DNA of 64,000 bases from positions 1 through 64,000 of the forward strand of contig JBBRLJ010000027.1 of assembly GCA_038231435.1 (NCBI GenBank). The letters run 5' to 3'. Source of the DNA: Planctomycetota bacterium (GTDB lineage Bacteria > Planctomycetota > UBA11346). This document shows, piece after piece, positions 37,080 through 47,500 of this stretch; position 1 is the first letter of the stretch, and the number at the start of each line of letters is the position of its first letter. Position numbers and translations under genes: made by a program. The notes below the pieces were generated by a model. It made no database searches. It was not told the origin of the DNA and was given only the letters and a program-made list of their open reading frames with translations.

Positions 37080-40000
37080 CCGGCGGCGTCGCGACGTCGG
37101 GTTCGGTGACCTGCAACACCGCGCCGGGCTTGAACGGCCCCTCGACCCGCTGCGCTCGGTTGCCCGGCCACACCACCGTCACCGCCGTCACCTCGCCATC
37201 GGCTCCGAGCCCGAACAGCGGCGCGGTCTCGTCCTGCGACAGGTAGTTCGAACCGCAGCTCACCTGCTTCGACTGCGAGCCCCCGTCCGCGCGGGTGACG
37301 GTGATCACCGCGCCGATGCCGTAACGATTGCTGCGCACACCATGCAGCCTGACCTTGATCCAGCGATTGGCGTTGGCACAGGAGTTGGCGAGCAGCGTCG
37401 GCGGAGCATCGAAATTGCTCACCACCAGGTCGACGCGGCCAGTTCCCGTCAAGTCCGCAGCCACGGCGCCGCGGCTGTTGCCGCGGTAGGACTCGTCCCC
37501 GGCCTCGTCCACATGGAAGAACTTCGCGCCGTGGCGGATGAACATCTGCTTGGCCTGGTCGGCCGCTGGCGTCTGGTCCACCCAGCCGTTGCTCAGCCAC
37601 ATGTCGTCGTCGCCGTCGTCGTCGTAGTCGAGGAAGTTGCCGCTCCACGACCAGCCGCGGTCGCCTGGCTCGAACATCTCGTCATCCACCGGCGTGAAAC
37701 GCGCGCCGTGATCGTTGCGGAAGAGCTTGTTGCCGGCGATGTAGAACGTGGATTTGAGAATGCGTTCGTTGATGTTGATCTGCGAATCCGCGCGCGGGAA
37801 CACGAAGCCGATGCTTTTCGAGAACATGTCGATCTGGGTGATGTAGATGTCCATCCAGCCATCGCCGTCGACATCGACCACGCTGGCGTTCATCGAGCTG
37901 CCGCGGTCGTCGACGCCGTAGCGGTGGCCGCATTCCTCGAACGTGCCATCGCCGCGGTTGAGGAACAGCTCGCTGCGTCCGTAGTCGTTCGCCACGAACA
38001 GATCCATGCGCCCGTCCCGGTTGGCGTCGATGGCGGCGGTGGCGAGCGTCCAGCCGGTGCTGCCGACTCCCGCGCGATCCGTGACGTCGGCGAAGACCCC
38101 GCCGCCCTGGTTGTGGAACAGCCGGTTCTTCACGCCGTTGCGACCATCGAGGGTCGGCTTGCTGCCGCCGTAGTGGCCGACATAGCAGTCGAGCAGCCCG
38201 TCGCCGTCGTAGTCGAGGAACACGGCATCATGGGCGTTCGCATCGGTGACGATGCCGCAGGTGGCGGTGACATCGGAGAACCGACCATCAGCCTCCTGAT
38301 GGAAGAGCCGCGACGGCTTCTCGGAATGCACGATGAAGAGATCGAGTCGCCCATCATTGTCGTAATCGACGAACAGGGCGTGATGGGCGTCGGCGCAGTC
38401 GCTGTCGGTGATCCCGAGCGCCTCTGTCCGGTCCTCGAAGTGCCGCCCGCCGAGATTGCGCAGCAGGCGGTTGCCGCCATCGCCTGGCAGGAACAGGTCG
38501 GGGAGCCCGTCCCCATCCGCGTCTCCGACCGCTACTCCCGAACCCATGAAGTCGACGAGCCTGCCCGGGCCGTCCTTAGTGATCGCGACGCGCACCGCGC
38601 CCGCTCTGGCTGGGAATCCCGCGGATGCGCTGGCGTTGCGGAACAGCGGCAAGGGGTAGGCAGCCGCCACCGATGCCTTCGCCTGCATGTCGGCCGCGGT
38701 CCATCCCGCCGGTGGCGCGGCGTTGACCACGAACTGAGATCCGTTCAGGATCTTCTCGCAGATGTCGGTACCGACGACCCGCTTGCCCTGATTCTGCGCG
38801 ACCGCGTCGCACTCCTTCATGAAGAAGAAGGCCAGCTCAGAGAGGCGGTCTGCGATCATCTCCAGCGCGAACGGATCGGCGGGCACCGCGTTGGGCGCGT
38901 CCCAGGCCTTCTTCATCAAGGTCCAGTGCAGGGTCGTGTCGCGCAACGCGTCGAGCTCCCAATCGAGCAGCACGGTGCTGCGCCGCTTGTCCGGCACCTG
39001 CTGTGATGGCAGCCCCATGATGTCCACGGTGACGTCGCCATTGGGGCCGATGGTGCGCGGAAAGAGCTCGTCGAGCACGTTACGGGTCCACGCCAGGGTG
39101 GCGTAGCTGTTCGCCGGAACGCCCGTGAGGTCGGGCGTGAGCCCGTTGATCGAGGCAGAGAAGGCATTGCGTCGCATCGGCTGCACGCCGTAGGCCAGGA
39201 AGCGCGCGTAGCGCTCCAGCCGTTGCTCGAGTTCGCGGAACGAATCGTGATCGAAAGGCACTGTCATCATGCGATTGACGAGCTCGAGCTGGCGCGCATC
39301 GGCATCAGCCGCGTCCTTCCAGACCTTGCCGTTCCACACCCGCAGGGCGGCTATCTTGCCGGCAATCGTCCGGCGCGTCAGCGCGAGCAGATCGGGGTCA
39401 ACTGCGCGCGATCCAACCGCGACGGCCGGCAATGCCGTGCCCGCACCTTCGGACAGCTTGCTGGATGCCTGGTCAGGGCTCCGGGAATAGCGCGGAGCCG
39501 CTTCCGCGAATGCATCGCGCACGTCCCCCGCCTCGATGCGCAGGTGCCCACGCGACTTCGCCAGGTCGCCGCTCGCCGTCAGGAAGGCGGTGGTGATCTG
39601 CGTGGCGACGGCGGCGAGATGGTTCATGCCGCCCACCGACAGCGGCGAGATATCCGGATCCCGGCCTTCGAACAATCCGGTTCCAGTGATGGCGTCGGCG
39701 ATGATGGCGTAGAGGTAGCGTTTGTTCTCGGTCACGCGGTGATAATCGCGGCTCATCACCGACTGCACGGGATCGCCGGAAAAGACCGGCTCCGCAGCCG
39801 TCATCAAGGCGACGGCCTTGCGCACGTCCTCGGGCACCACCGCGTCGATCGCGGCCGCATGGATGATGCCCTGGTCGGCGTGTTCGGAGGCGGCGCGCCA
39901 CACCTGATAGACCAGGGTCTTGCACGCCTCGATCTTCAGCATGGCGATCTCGTCGGACATGGGCTTGCCCGCGAAATGCTGGTCCATCATCCGTACCGTG

Positions 40001-40218
40001 GTCCAACAGGTCGCGTCCTTGCCGGATTCCTGGCCTTCGACAACTCCCATCAGGCGATCGAGGCCAGACTTGAGTTCGGATGTGCGTTCAGCGACTGGAT
40101 TCGCCGCGAGCGGCGCGGTGCGCGTCACGGGTGGGGCGTCCGCCTGACGCACGTGCGTCATCAGCATGACGCTCGCCGCGGCGGCCAGGATGAAGAGCGC
40201 TACCGCGCCCTTCCTCAT
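37060..40218 (-). CDS. CRTAC1-family protein (FG-GAP plus ASPIC/UnbV) with about 500-aa helical N-terminus resembling tandem histone folds
   Basis: DADGDGLPDL, DYDNDGRLDL, DYDGDGLLD, GWSWSG, YLSQD...FGLG...VVWP; N-terminal signal/anchor; 20-nt convergent overlap with the first CRTAC1 gene. Confidence 0.9.
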   Translation of the reverse strand: MRKGAVALFILAAAASVMLMTHVRQADAPPVTRTAPLAANPVAERTSELKSGLDRLMGVVEGQESGKDATCWTTVRMMDQHFAGKPMSDEIAMLKIEACKTLVYQVWRAASEHADQGIIHAAAIDAVVPEDVRKAVALMTAAEPVFSGDPVQSVMSRDYHRVTENKRYLYAIIADAITGTGLFEGRDPDISPLSVGGMNHLAAVATQITTAFLTASGDLAKSRGHLRIEAGDVRDAFAEAAPRYSRSPDQASSKLSEGAGTALPAVAVGSRAVDPDLLALTRRTIAGKIAALRVWNGKVWKDAADADARQLELVNRMMTVPFDHDSFRELEQRLERYARFLAYGVQPMRRNAFSASINGLTPDLTGVPANSYATLAWTRNVLDELFPRTIGPNGDVTVDIMGLPSQQVPDKRRSTVLLDWELDALRDTTLHWTLMKKAWDAPNAVPADPFALEMIADRLSELAFFFMKECDAVAQNQGKRVVGTDICEKILNGSQFVVNAAPPAGWTAADMQAKASVAAAYPLPLFRNASASAGFPARAGAVRVAITKDGPGRLVDFMGSGVAVGDADGDGLPDLFLPGDGGNRLLRNLGGRHFEDRTEALGITDSDCADAHHALFVDYDNDGRLDLFIVHSEKPSRLFHQEADGRFSDVTATCGIVTDANAHDAVFLDYDGDGLLDCYVGHYGGSKPTLDGRNGVKNRLFHNQGGGVFADVTDRAGVGSTGWTLATAAIDANRDGRMDLFVANDYGRSELFLNRGDGTFEECGHRYGVDDRGSSMNASVVDVDGDGWMDIYITQIDMFSKSIGFVFPRADSQININERILKSTFYIAGNKLFRNDHGARFTPVDDEMFEPGDRGWSWSGNFLDYDDDGDDDMWLSNGWVDQTPAADQAKQMFIRHGAKFFHVDEAGDESYRGNSRGAVAADLTGTGRVDLVVSNFDAPPTLLANSCANANRWIKVRLHGVRSNRYGIGAVITVTRADGGSQSKQVSCGSNYLSQDETAPLFGLGADGEVTAVTVVWPGNRAQRVEGPFKPGAVLQVTEPDVATPPVSDPSK

Positions 40219-40266
40219 GCGGGGCTCCCCTCGCGGAGATGTTCCCAGGCAGGGGTGCCCACGGAC

Positions 40267-40827
40267 TCAGGGACCAGTCTTGAGCGCAGGCATGGTGCCC
40301 TGCTCGGCGGACGGCGCGCCTGCCGAGAACGATGGCAGGCCCTGGGTCTCGACCACGGTGAGATCGGGCCTGACGTAGAAGCCGCGCGTGCCGATGGCGA
40401 CGTCGTCCTCCGGGGTCGCTGAACCGGCGGCGGTGGTCGCCGCCTCGGGCCCCGCCTTCACCGTCGAGACCGCCGCGGCCTTGATCACCTTCAGGTAGAT
40501 CCTCCAGGTGCCGACCGGCGCGTCCTTGGCGATGAGCTTGCCGGGATTCGCCCCCGGCGTCGCCATCGCGTGACCGCCGAGGAATTCCGCGCGCGGGTGG
40601 TCGAGTTCGAGCTTGGCCGGATACTTCGCCTTGGCGAAGGCGAGCGCGGCATCGATCGCCTCCTTGCGGTGGCGATCGCTGTCGAGCATCTCAGGCGGCG
40701 GCGGCGGCACGAGCGCGGGCGGATGCACCGCGACCGGCTTCGCGGCCTGCTGGCCGCAGCCAGCGCAGCCCGGAAGCGCCACGCAGGCGATGACCAGGCC
40801 GATCACGAGATGGCGGGCGGTGAGCAT
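40267..40827 (-). CDS. Hypothetical lipoprotein
   Basis: Hydrophobic N-terminus with lipobox-like LPGC; Pro-rich linker; co-oriented 48 nt upstream of the CRTAC1 gene. Confidence 0.65.
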   Translation of the reverse strand: MLTARHLVIGLVIACVALPGCAGCGQQAAKPVAVHPPALVPPPPPEMLDSDRHRKEAIDAALAFAKAKYPAKLELDHPRAEFLGGHAMATPGANPGKLIAKDAPVGTWRIYLKVIKAAAVSTVKAGPEAATTAAGSATPEDDVAIGTRGFYVRPDLTVVETQGLPSFSAGAPSAEQGTMPALKTGP

Positions 40828-40949
40828 GCCGTGTGGAGTACGCTGGAGACCGGTGCGGGCAAGGTGGACATCCTCGCGACGATGCGCGGTGCGAGATACG
40901 CGGTCCGTCGCATCTGGTCGGCGACCCGCCGGGGACGCGCCACCCTGTG

Positions 40950-43055
40950 CTAAGCCGGACGCGCGGTTCCCACCGCCCTGCTGATCACCGTCACGGCGTA
41001 GGGCGGCAGCCGCAGTGGACGCTGAGCGGGTTGGCCGCTCTCCAGTTCGATGCCTTCTCCGGCATCGACCGTCGCGAGAGCCGCGGTGGTGTTCAGCACG
41101 AACACGAAATCGACGCCGTCGCCGTGGCGCACGCAGGCCGACACCCCCTCGGGCAGTTCTCCGGGCACCGCGCGCGAGAGACCCAGGTCGCGCGCCAGCC
41201 AGCCGTAGAAATCGCGGTGGAAGCGCTCGTCGTTGCGACTGGTGATGTAGAAGGCCTGACCCGCTCCGCGGCGATTGCGGGTGAGCGCGGGGGTGCCGGC
41301 GTAGAAGTCGCGACCATAGGTGGCGAGCGCCTCGGCGCCTTCGAGATGCACGATGTCCAGCAGCTGGCGCGCGGCGTACTCGCCGCTGAGACCGGGCGTT
41401 CCGGGCTTGGGCACCAGCGAGTTCGGCTCGTCGTCGAAGGTCGCGTCGGTCTCTTCGACCCGGATGCCCAGGGTCGCGGCCAGCGGCCGGTCGCCGAGGA
41501 AGCAGCGGTCGGTCTCGTCGACGAGGCCGCTCCAGTAGGTCATCACCAGCGTGCCGCCTCGGCTCACGAACTCATCGAGGCGCTTGGCGGTGTGCGGCTT
41601 GAGCAGGAAGAGCATCGGCGCGACCACCACGCGGTAGCGGTCGAGATCCACATCCATGTCGATGACGTCGGTGGCGATACCCTGGCGCCAGAACCAGCCG
41701 TAGTGCTCCTTGCAGGTCTCCTCGTAGTCGCGCTTGCCGGCCGGCGTCACGTCGCCATCGATCGCCCAGCGGTTCTCCCAATCGTAGATGACAGCCACCT
41801 CTGAGCGCACCACGCTACCGACCACCGGCGCGAGCTTGCGCAGGGAATCGCCGACCATCGCCACCTCGCGGAACACGCGCGCATCATTGCGACCATCGTG
41901 GCCGACCACCGCGCCGTGGTATTTCTCGGCGCCACCGCGCGACCTGCGCCACTGGAAGTAGAGCACGCTGTCCGAACCATGCGCAACTGCCTGCAGGCCC
42001 GCCATGCGCAACACGCCAGGCCGCTTGAGGCGCTGGGTGGCGATCCAGTTCACCGTGCTCGGCGTCGTCTCCATGAGCAGGAACGGCTGATCGCGTTTGA
42101 GCGAGCGCATCAGATCGTGCTGGAAGGCGATGCTGATCGCGGTGCGCAGGTCGTAGTGCTGATCGTAGAGCGGGTAGCCGTCCCACGAGATGACGTCGAG
42201 ATGCTTGGCGAAGCGCGCGACGTCGAGATCGACATAGGTGCCCATGAGGTTGGTCGTCACCGGCGCGGCGCTGTGCGGGCGGATCGCCGCGATCTCGAGG
42301 GCCATGCAGTCGGCCTGCTGGTCGCTCTGGAAGCGGCGCCAATCGAGATTCATCGAGTTGTCGGTGTATTCGCCGTAGCCGCCCGACGGCACCCACTCGC
42401 CCGGCGGATCGATCTGCGCCCAGTCGCTGTAGGTGTGGCTCCAGAACGAGGTGGTCCAGGCGGAGTTCAGCGCGTCGAGCGTGCCGTGGCGCTGGCGCAG
42501 CCAGCCGCGGAAGGCCTCCGCGCACAGACCGCAGTAGCAATAGCGAACATATTCGTTGTGCACGTGCCAGAGCACCAGCTCGGGCCTGCGGCCGTAACGC
42601 TCGGCGAGCGCGCCGGCGATGCGCGCGGCGCGCATGCGGAAGGCTGGCGCGGTCGGGCAGTAGTTGACGCGCACGCCATGCAGCGGCGGGCGCCGGTCGC
42701 GATGCATGCGCACCACCTCCGGGTGCAGCTGCGACAGCCACGCCGGATGCGCCGCGGTCGGGGTGGCGAGGATCACATGCTTACCGGACTTGGCGAGTCC
42801 ATCGAGGCAACGGTCGAGCCATGCGAAATCGAAACGGCCGTCCGCCGGCTCCAAGCGTGCCCAGGCGAACACGCCGACGGTGGCGGTGTTGCAACGCGCA
42901 TCATCCATCAGCCGCAGGTCGTCGGCCCACACCGATTCCGGCCACTGGTCGGGGTTGTAGTCGCCGCCATGGAGCATGTCCCTCACCCCCATCGGCGAAC
43001 GACCCACCGCGCCGGTGGTTGAGCGAAGGGTTTGCGCGATCGGATCCGTGGCCAT
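40950..43055 (-). CDS. GH42 beta-galactosidase
   Basis: GGDYNPDQW, FAWARLEP, WHVHNEY (acid/base), CYCGLC Zn motif, LMET (nucleophile), YFQWRRSRGGAEKYHG, trimerisation domain. Confidence 0.93.
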   Translation of the reverse strand: MATDPIAQTLRSTTGAVGRSPMGVRDMLHGGDYNPDQWPESVWADDLRLMDDARCNTATVGVFAWARLEPADGRFDFAWLDRCLDGLAKSGKHVILATPTAAHPAWLSQLHPEVVRMHRDRRPPLHGVRVNYCPTAPAFRMRAARIAGALAERYGRRPELVLWHVHNEYVRYCYCGLCAEAFRGWLRQRHGTLDALNSAWTTSFWSHTYSDWAQIDPPGEWVPSGGYGEYTDNSMNLDWRRFQSDQQADCMALEIAAIRPHSAAPVTTNLMGTYVDLDVARFAKHLDVISWDGYPLYDQHYDLRTAISIAFQHDLMRSLKRDQPFLLMETTPSTVNWIATQRLKRPGVLRMAGLQAVAHGSDSVLYFQWRRSRGGAEKYHGAVVGHDGRNDARVFREVAMVGDSLRKLAPVVGSVVRSEVAVIYDWENRWAIDGDVTPAGKRDYEETCKEHYGWFWRQGIATDVIDMDVDLDRYRVVVAPMLFLLKPHTAKRLDEFVSRGGTLVMTYWSGLVDETDRCFLGDRPLAATLGIRVEETDATFDDEPNSLVPKPGTPGLSGEYAARQLLDIVHLEGAEALATYGRDFYAGTPALTRNRRGAGQAFYITSRNDERFHRDFYGWLARDLGLSRAVPGELPEGVSACVRHGDGVDFVFVLNTTAALATVDAGEGIELESGQPAQRPLRLPPYAVTVISRAVGTARPA

Positions 43056-43232
43056 GAAGCACCTCGACGGCACGCTACATGGCACTCATGCCCCCTGCCA
43101 GGGATGCCCGATGTGCGGCAGGATGCGAGCCGCGTACTTGTCCACTATCCGCCCATACGTAGGTTTCCGGCCCGACTCCTGCCGCCAGGCCCACGAGGCA
43201 TGGCGCGCACGCATCCCAGACCCGGAGCATCC

Positions 43233-44525
43233 ATGCGCAGTCCCGCGCTTCCGCTCATCGCCCTCGTGCTCGTCCTGCCCAGCGGTTGCGGCAAGCCGGA
43301 TGCACCCGCGCCGCAGATGATGCCGCCTCCGCCGATGGTCGGCTCGGCGCGGCCGCTGAAGCAAGAGCTGCCGGTGGTGCGCGAGGTGACCGGCCGCCTG
43401 GAAGCCGTCCAGTCGGTCGAGCTGCGGCCGCGCGTGGGCGGCATGATCGAACACGTGCTGGTGAAGAACGGCGCCGAGGTCAAGGCGGGCGACGTGCTCG
43501 TCACCATCGACGAGACGCCGCTGCGCATCACCGTCGCGCAGTCAGAGGCCGCGTTCGCCCGTTCGGAGACCGCGCTCGCGCTCGCGCGCCAACAGCACGA
43601 ACGTGCACGCCAGCTGGTCGAGCAGCACGTCTCGCCGCAGCAGACGCTCGACGATCTGACCGCCGCGCTGCGCTCGGCGGAGGCCAACCGCGCCGAGAGC
43701 GCGGCGCTGCTCGACTCCGCGCGGCTGAACCTCAGCTACGCCAAGTTGACCGCGCCGATCGACGGGCGCATCGGTCAGATCCTGACCACCGAGGGCAATC
43801 TCGTCCAGGGCGGAGGCCCGGTGCCGGCGACGCTCATCACCTCGCTGGTGAGCCTCGATCCGATCGATGTGGTTGTCGACCTGGACGAGGCGACCTGGAC
43901 CGTCGTCGGCGAACGCTTCCGCGCCGCGGGCGCGGCCGATGGCGCGCACGGTGCCGATCAGGTGCCGGTGGATCTGGGCATCCCTGGCGAAGCGGGCTAT
44001 CCGCACCACGGCTACATCGCCTACGCCGACAATCGCGTCGATCCGGCCAGTGGCTCGATCCGCGTCCACGCGCGGCTCAAGAATCCCGAGCGCGTGCTGA
44101 CCCCTGGCGCGTTCGCGCGCGTGCGCGTCGAGATCGCGCCGCCGCGCCCGGTGCTGCTGATCAACGACCAGGCAGTGCAGAACCAGCTGGCCACCCGCTA
44201 CGTCTTGGTGATCGGCGAGCACGGCGTCACCGAATTCCGCCCCGTGCAGCTCGGAGACCGCTACGGCGTGCTGCGCGTGGTGCTCTCTGGCGTCGGCCCT
44301 GAGGACACCATCGTGGTTAGCGGCTTGGCGAAGGTCTTCTTCCCGGGCATGCCGGTGAATCCGGTGCCGACCTCGATGGAGAGCCCGGCGGTGGTCGAAG
44401 CGCCCGCCGGCACCGATGCCGGCAAGGGCGGCGGCGGCAAGGCCGCGCCTGGCGATGCGCAGGCCAAACCCGGCGCCCCTGGCGACAAGCCCGGAGACAA
44501 GCCGGCTGACGGGCACGGGAAATGA
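43233..44525 (+). CDS. RND efflux periplasmic adaptor (MexE-like lipoprotein)
   Basis: Lipobox LPSGC; VELRPRVGG, LNLSYAKLTAPIDGRIG, DNRVDPASGSI, TPGAFARV. Confidence 0.93.
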   Translation: MRSPALPLIALVLVLPSGCGKPDAPAPQMMPPPPMVGSARPLKQELPVVREVTGRLEAVQSVELRPRVGGMIEHVLVKNGAEVKAGDVLVTIDETPLRITVAQSEAAFARSETALALARQQHERARQLVEQHVSPQQTLDDLTAALRSAEANRAESAALLDSARLNLSYAKLTAPIDGRIGQILTTEGNLVQGGGPVPATLITSLVSLDPIDVVVDLDEATWTVVGERFRAAGAADGAHGADQVPVDLGIPGEAGYPHHGYIAYADNRVDPASGSIRVHARLKNPERVLTPGAFARVRVEIAPPRPVLLINDQAVQNQLATRYVLVIGEHGVTEFRPVQLGDRYGVLRVVLSGVGPEDTIVVSGLAKVFFPGMPVNPVPTSMESPAVVEAPAGTDAGKGGGGKAAPGDAQAKPGAPGDKPGDKPADGHGK

Positions 44526-47500
44526 GGCTTCCGCAATATTTCATCGACCGCCCGATCTTCGCGGGGGTGCTGTCGATCTTCATCATGCTGATCGGCGCCG
44601 CGGCGCTGACCCGGCTGCCGATCTCGGAATATCCCGAGGTGGTGCCGCCAACCCTGGTGATCGCCGCGCGCTATCCGGGCGCCAGTCCCGAGACCGTGTC
44701 GGCTACCGTGGCCGGGCCGCTCGAGCAGCAGATGACGGGCCTGAACGACCTGCTCTACATGCTCTCGCAGAGCAGCGCCGACGGCGGCATGAGCTTGACG
44801 CTGACCTTCAAGAAGGGCACCAACCTCAACGACGCCCTGGTCGAAGTGCAGAACCGCATCCAGCAGGCCAGCCCGCGCCTGCCGGACGAGGTCAGGCGCT
44901 TCGGCGTGGTCGCGCAGCGCCGCGGCGACCTGCTGATGGTGATCAATGTCCTCTCGGAGGACAACAGCTTCGACACCCTGACGCTGGTCAACTATTCGAA
45001 GCTCTTCATCCGCAACCGCCTGGCGACCGTGCCAGGCGTGGGCGATGCGGTCGTCTTCGGCGCCGGCGACTACAGCATGCGCGTGTGGCTCGACCCGGCG
45101 AAGCTCGACGCCCGCGGCCTGCAGCCGGGCGACGTGATCAACGCCATCCGCGGCCAGAACGTCCAGGTCACCGCGGGCACGCTCGCTGAGCCGCCCACCA
45201 CCGGCGTGGCCCCCATCCAGCTCCAGCTCATCACCCAGGGCCGCCTAAGCGACGCCAAGGAGTTCGAGGACATCATCGTCTCGCGCGGCGCCCAGGGCCA
45301 GCTGGTGCGCCTGAGCGACGTCGCGCGCGTCGAGCTCGGCGGCAACACCTACGCCATCGCCAGCTCGCTCGACAACAAGCCGGCGGCCGCGATCCCGATC
45401 TTCCAGGCCCCCGGATCCAACGCCCTGGCGACCTCGACCGCGGTCCGCGCGATGATGGACGAGATCACCAAGACCATGCCCAAGGGCATGGCCCCTTACA
45501 TCATCTACGATCCGACCACCTTCGTGCGCGCCTCGATCACCGAGGTGGTGAAGACCCTGCTCATCGCCATCGGGCTGGTGGTGCTGGTGGTCATCCTCTT
45601 CCTGCAGACCTGGCGAGCCTCGCTGATCCCGCTGGTCGCGGTGCCGTCCTCGCTGATCGGCACCTTCGCGGTGATGTACTGGCTCGGCTTCTCGATCAAT
45701 TCGCTGTCGCTGTTCGGGCTGGTGCTGTCCATCGGCATCGTCGTCGACGACGCGATCGTGGTCACCGAGAACGTGCTGCGCAATCTCGAGAACGGGCTGC
45801 AGCCGCGCGCCGCGACCAAGCAGGCGATGCGCGAGGTCTCGGGGCCGATCGTCGCCTCGGCGCTGGTGCTGAGCTCGGTGTTCATCCCCACCGCGTTCAT
45901 CAGCGGACTCAGCGGCGCCTTCTACCAGCAGTTCGCGCTCACCATCGCCATCTCGACCGTGATCTCGGCCTTCAGCTCGCTGACCCTGAGCCCCGCGCTC
46001 GCGGCGCTCCTGCTCAAGCCGATGGTGCACGGCCAGCGTCCCGGCGGGCCGTTGCTCGGCTGGTTCTTCGGCGGCTTCAACTGGCTGTTCGGCGCCACCT
46101 CCAGCGGCTACGTGCGCGCCGCGGCCACCGGCATCCGCTTCCGGCCGATCATGCTGGTCCTCTACGCCTGCCTGATCGGCCTCGGGGTGTGGCTGTTCAT
46201 GCGCACGCCATCGGCGTTCGTCCCGGCCCAGGACAAGGGCTTCCTGATCGTGATCGTCAAGCTGCCCGACGGCGCCTCGCTCGACCGCACCAAGGAAGCG
46301 GTGCGGCAGATGACCGAGCTCGCGCACAAGAACCCCGCGGTCAAGAATGTCATCGTCTTCGCGGGCATGAGCCCTGCCTTCGCTTCGATGTCCAACTTCG
46401 CGCTCGGCTTCATCCGCCTGAACGAATACGAGGAGCGCACCACGCCCGAGCTCTCGGGCCCGGCCATCGCCGGAGCCCTCAGTGGAGCGTTCTCGCAGGT
46501 GCCCGACGCGCTGTGCTTCGCGTTCTCGCCACCGCCGGTGTTCGGATTGGGCCTCACCGGAGGTTTCGACCTGTTCCTGCAGGACCGCTCGGGCATGGGC
46601 CTGCCGGCGCTGTACGCCACCGCCCAGCAGGTGCTGGGCGGCATGCGCCAGTCGAAGCTGCTCGATCCGGGCCAGAGCCGCACGCTCTTCACCATGGGCG
46701 TGCCGCGCATCCAGGTGGACGTCGACCGCGAGAAGCTCGTCGCCCAAGGCGTGCCCATCGCCAACGTCTACGATGCGCTCCAGGGTTACTTCGGCTCGGT
46801 GTACGTGAATGACTTCAACCGCTTCAACCGCACCTGGCAGGTGACGGTGCAGGCGGATTCGCCGTTCCGCATGTCGCCGAACGACGTGACCCGCATCAAG
46901 GTCAAGAACAACGCCGGGCAGATGGTGCCCCTGTCGTCCTTCGTGGCCCTCAGCGAGGTGGCGGGTCCAACCCAGGCGAACAACTACAATACCTACCCCT
47001 CGATCGACATCTCGGGCGCCGGCGCGCCCGGCGTCAGCGGCGATCAGGCGATGGCCGAGACGACCTCCATCCTGCAACGGACCCTGCCACCCGGCGTCGG
47101 CTACGAATGGACGGGCCTCACCTACCAGCAGATCCTGGCGGGCAATTCAGCGGTCTACATCTTCCCGATCTGCGTGCTGCTGGTGGTGCTGGTCCTGGCC
47201 GCGTTCTACGAAAGCATCGTACTGCCCCTGGCGATCGTGCTGATCGTGCCGCTGTGCCTGCTCTCGGCCTTCATCGGCATCAACCTCGCTCATGGCGACA
47301 ACAACATCATGACCCAGATCGGCCTGATCGTGCTGGTCGGCCTGGCCTGCAAGAACGCCATCCTGATCGTCGAATTCGCGAAGGACGCCGAGACCCTGCA
47401 TGGGCTCGATCCGATCTCGGCGGCGGTCGACGCCTGCCGCAAGCGCTTCCGGCCGGTGCTGATGACCTCCCTCGCCTTCATCATGGGCGTGCTGCCCCTG

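Noticed and set aside
34626..40218. Enediyne or other biosynthetic cluster suggested by the UnbV domain
   Set aside because: No PKS, thioesterase or UnbU/UnbL-like genes; ASPIC/UnbV proteins are widespread outside such clusters.
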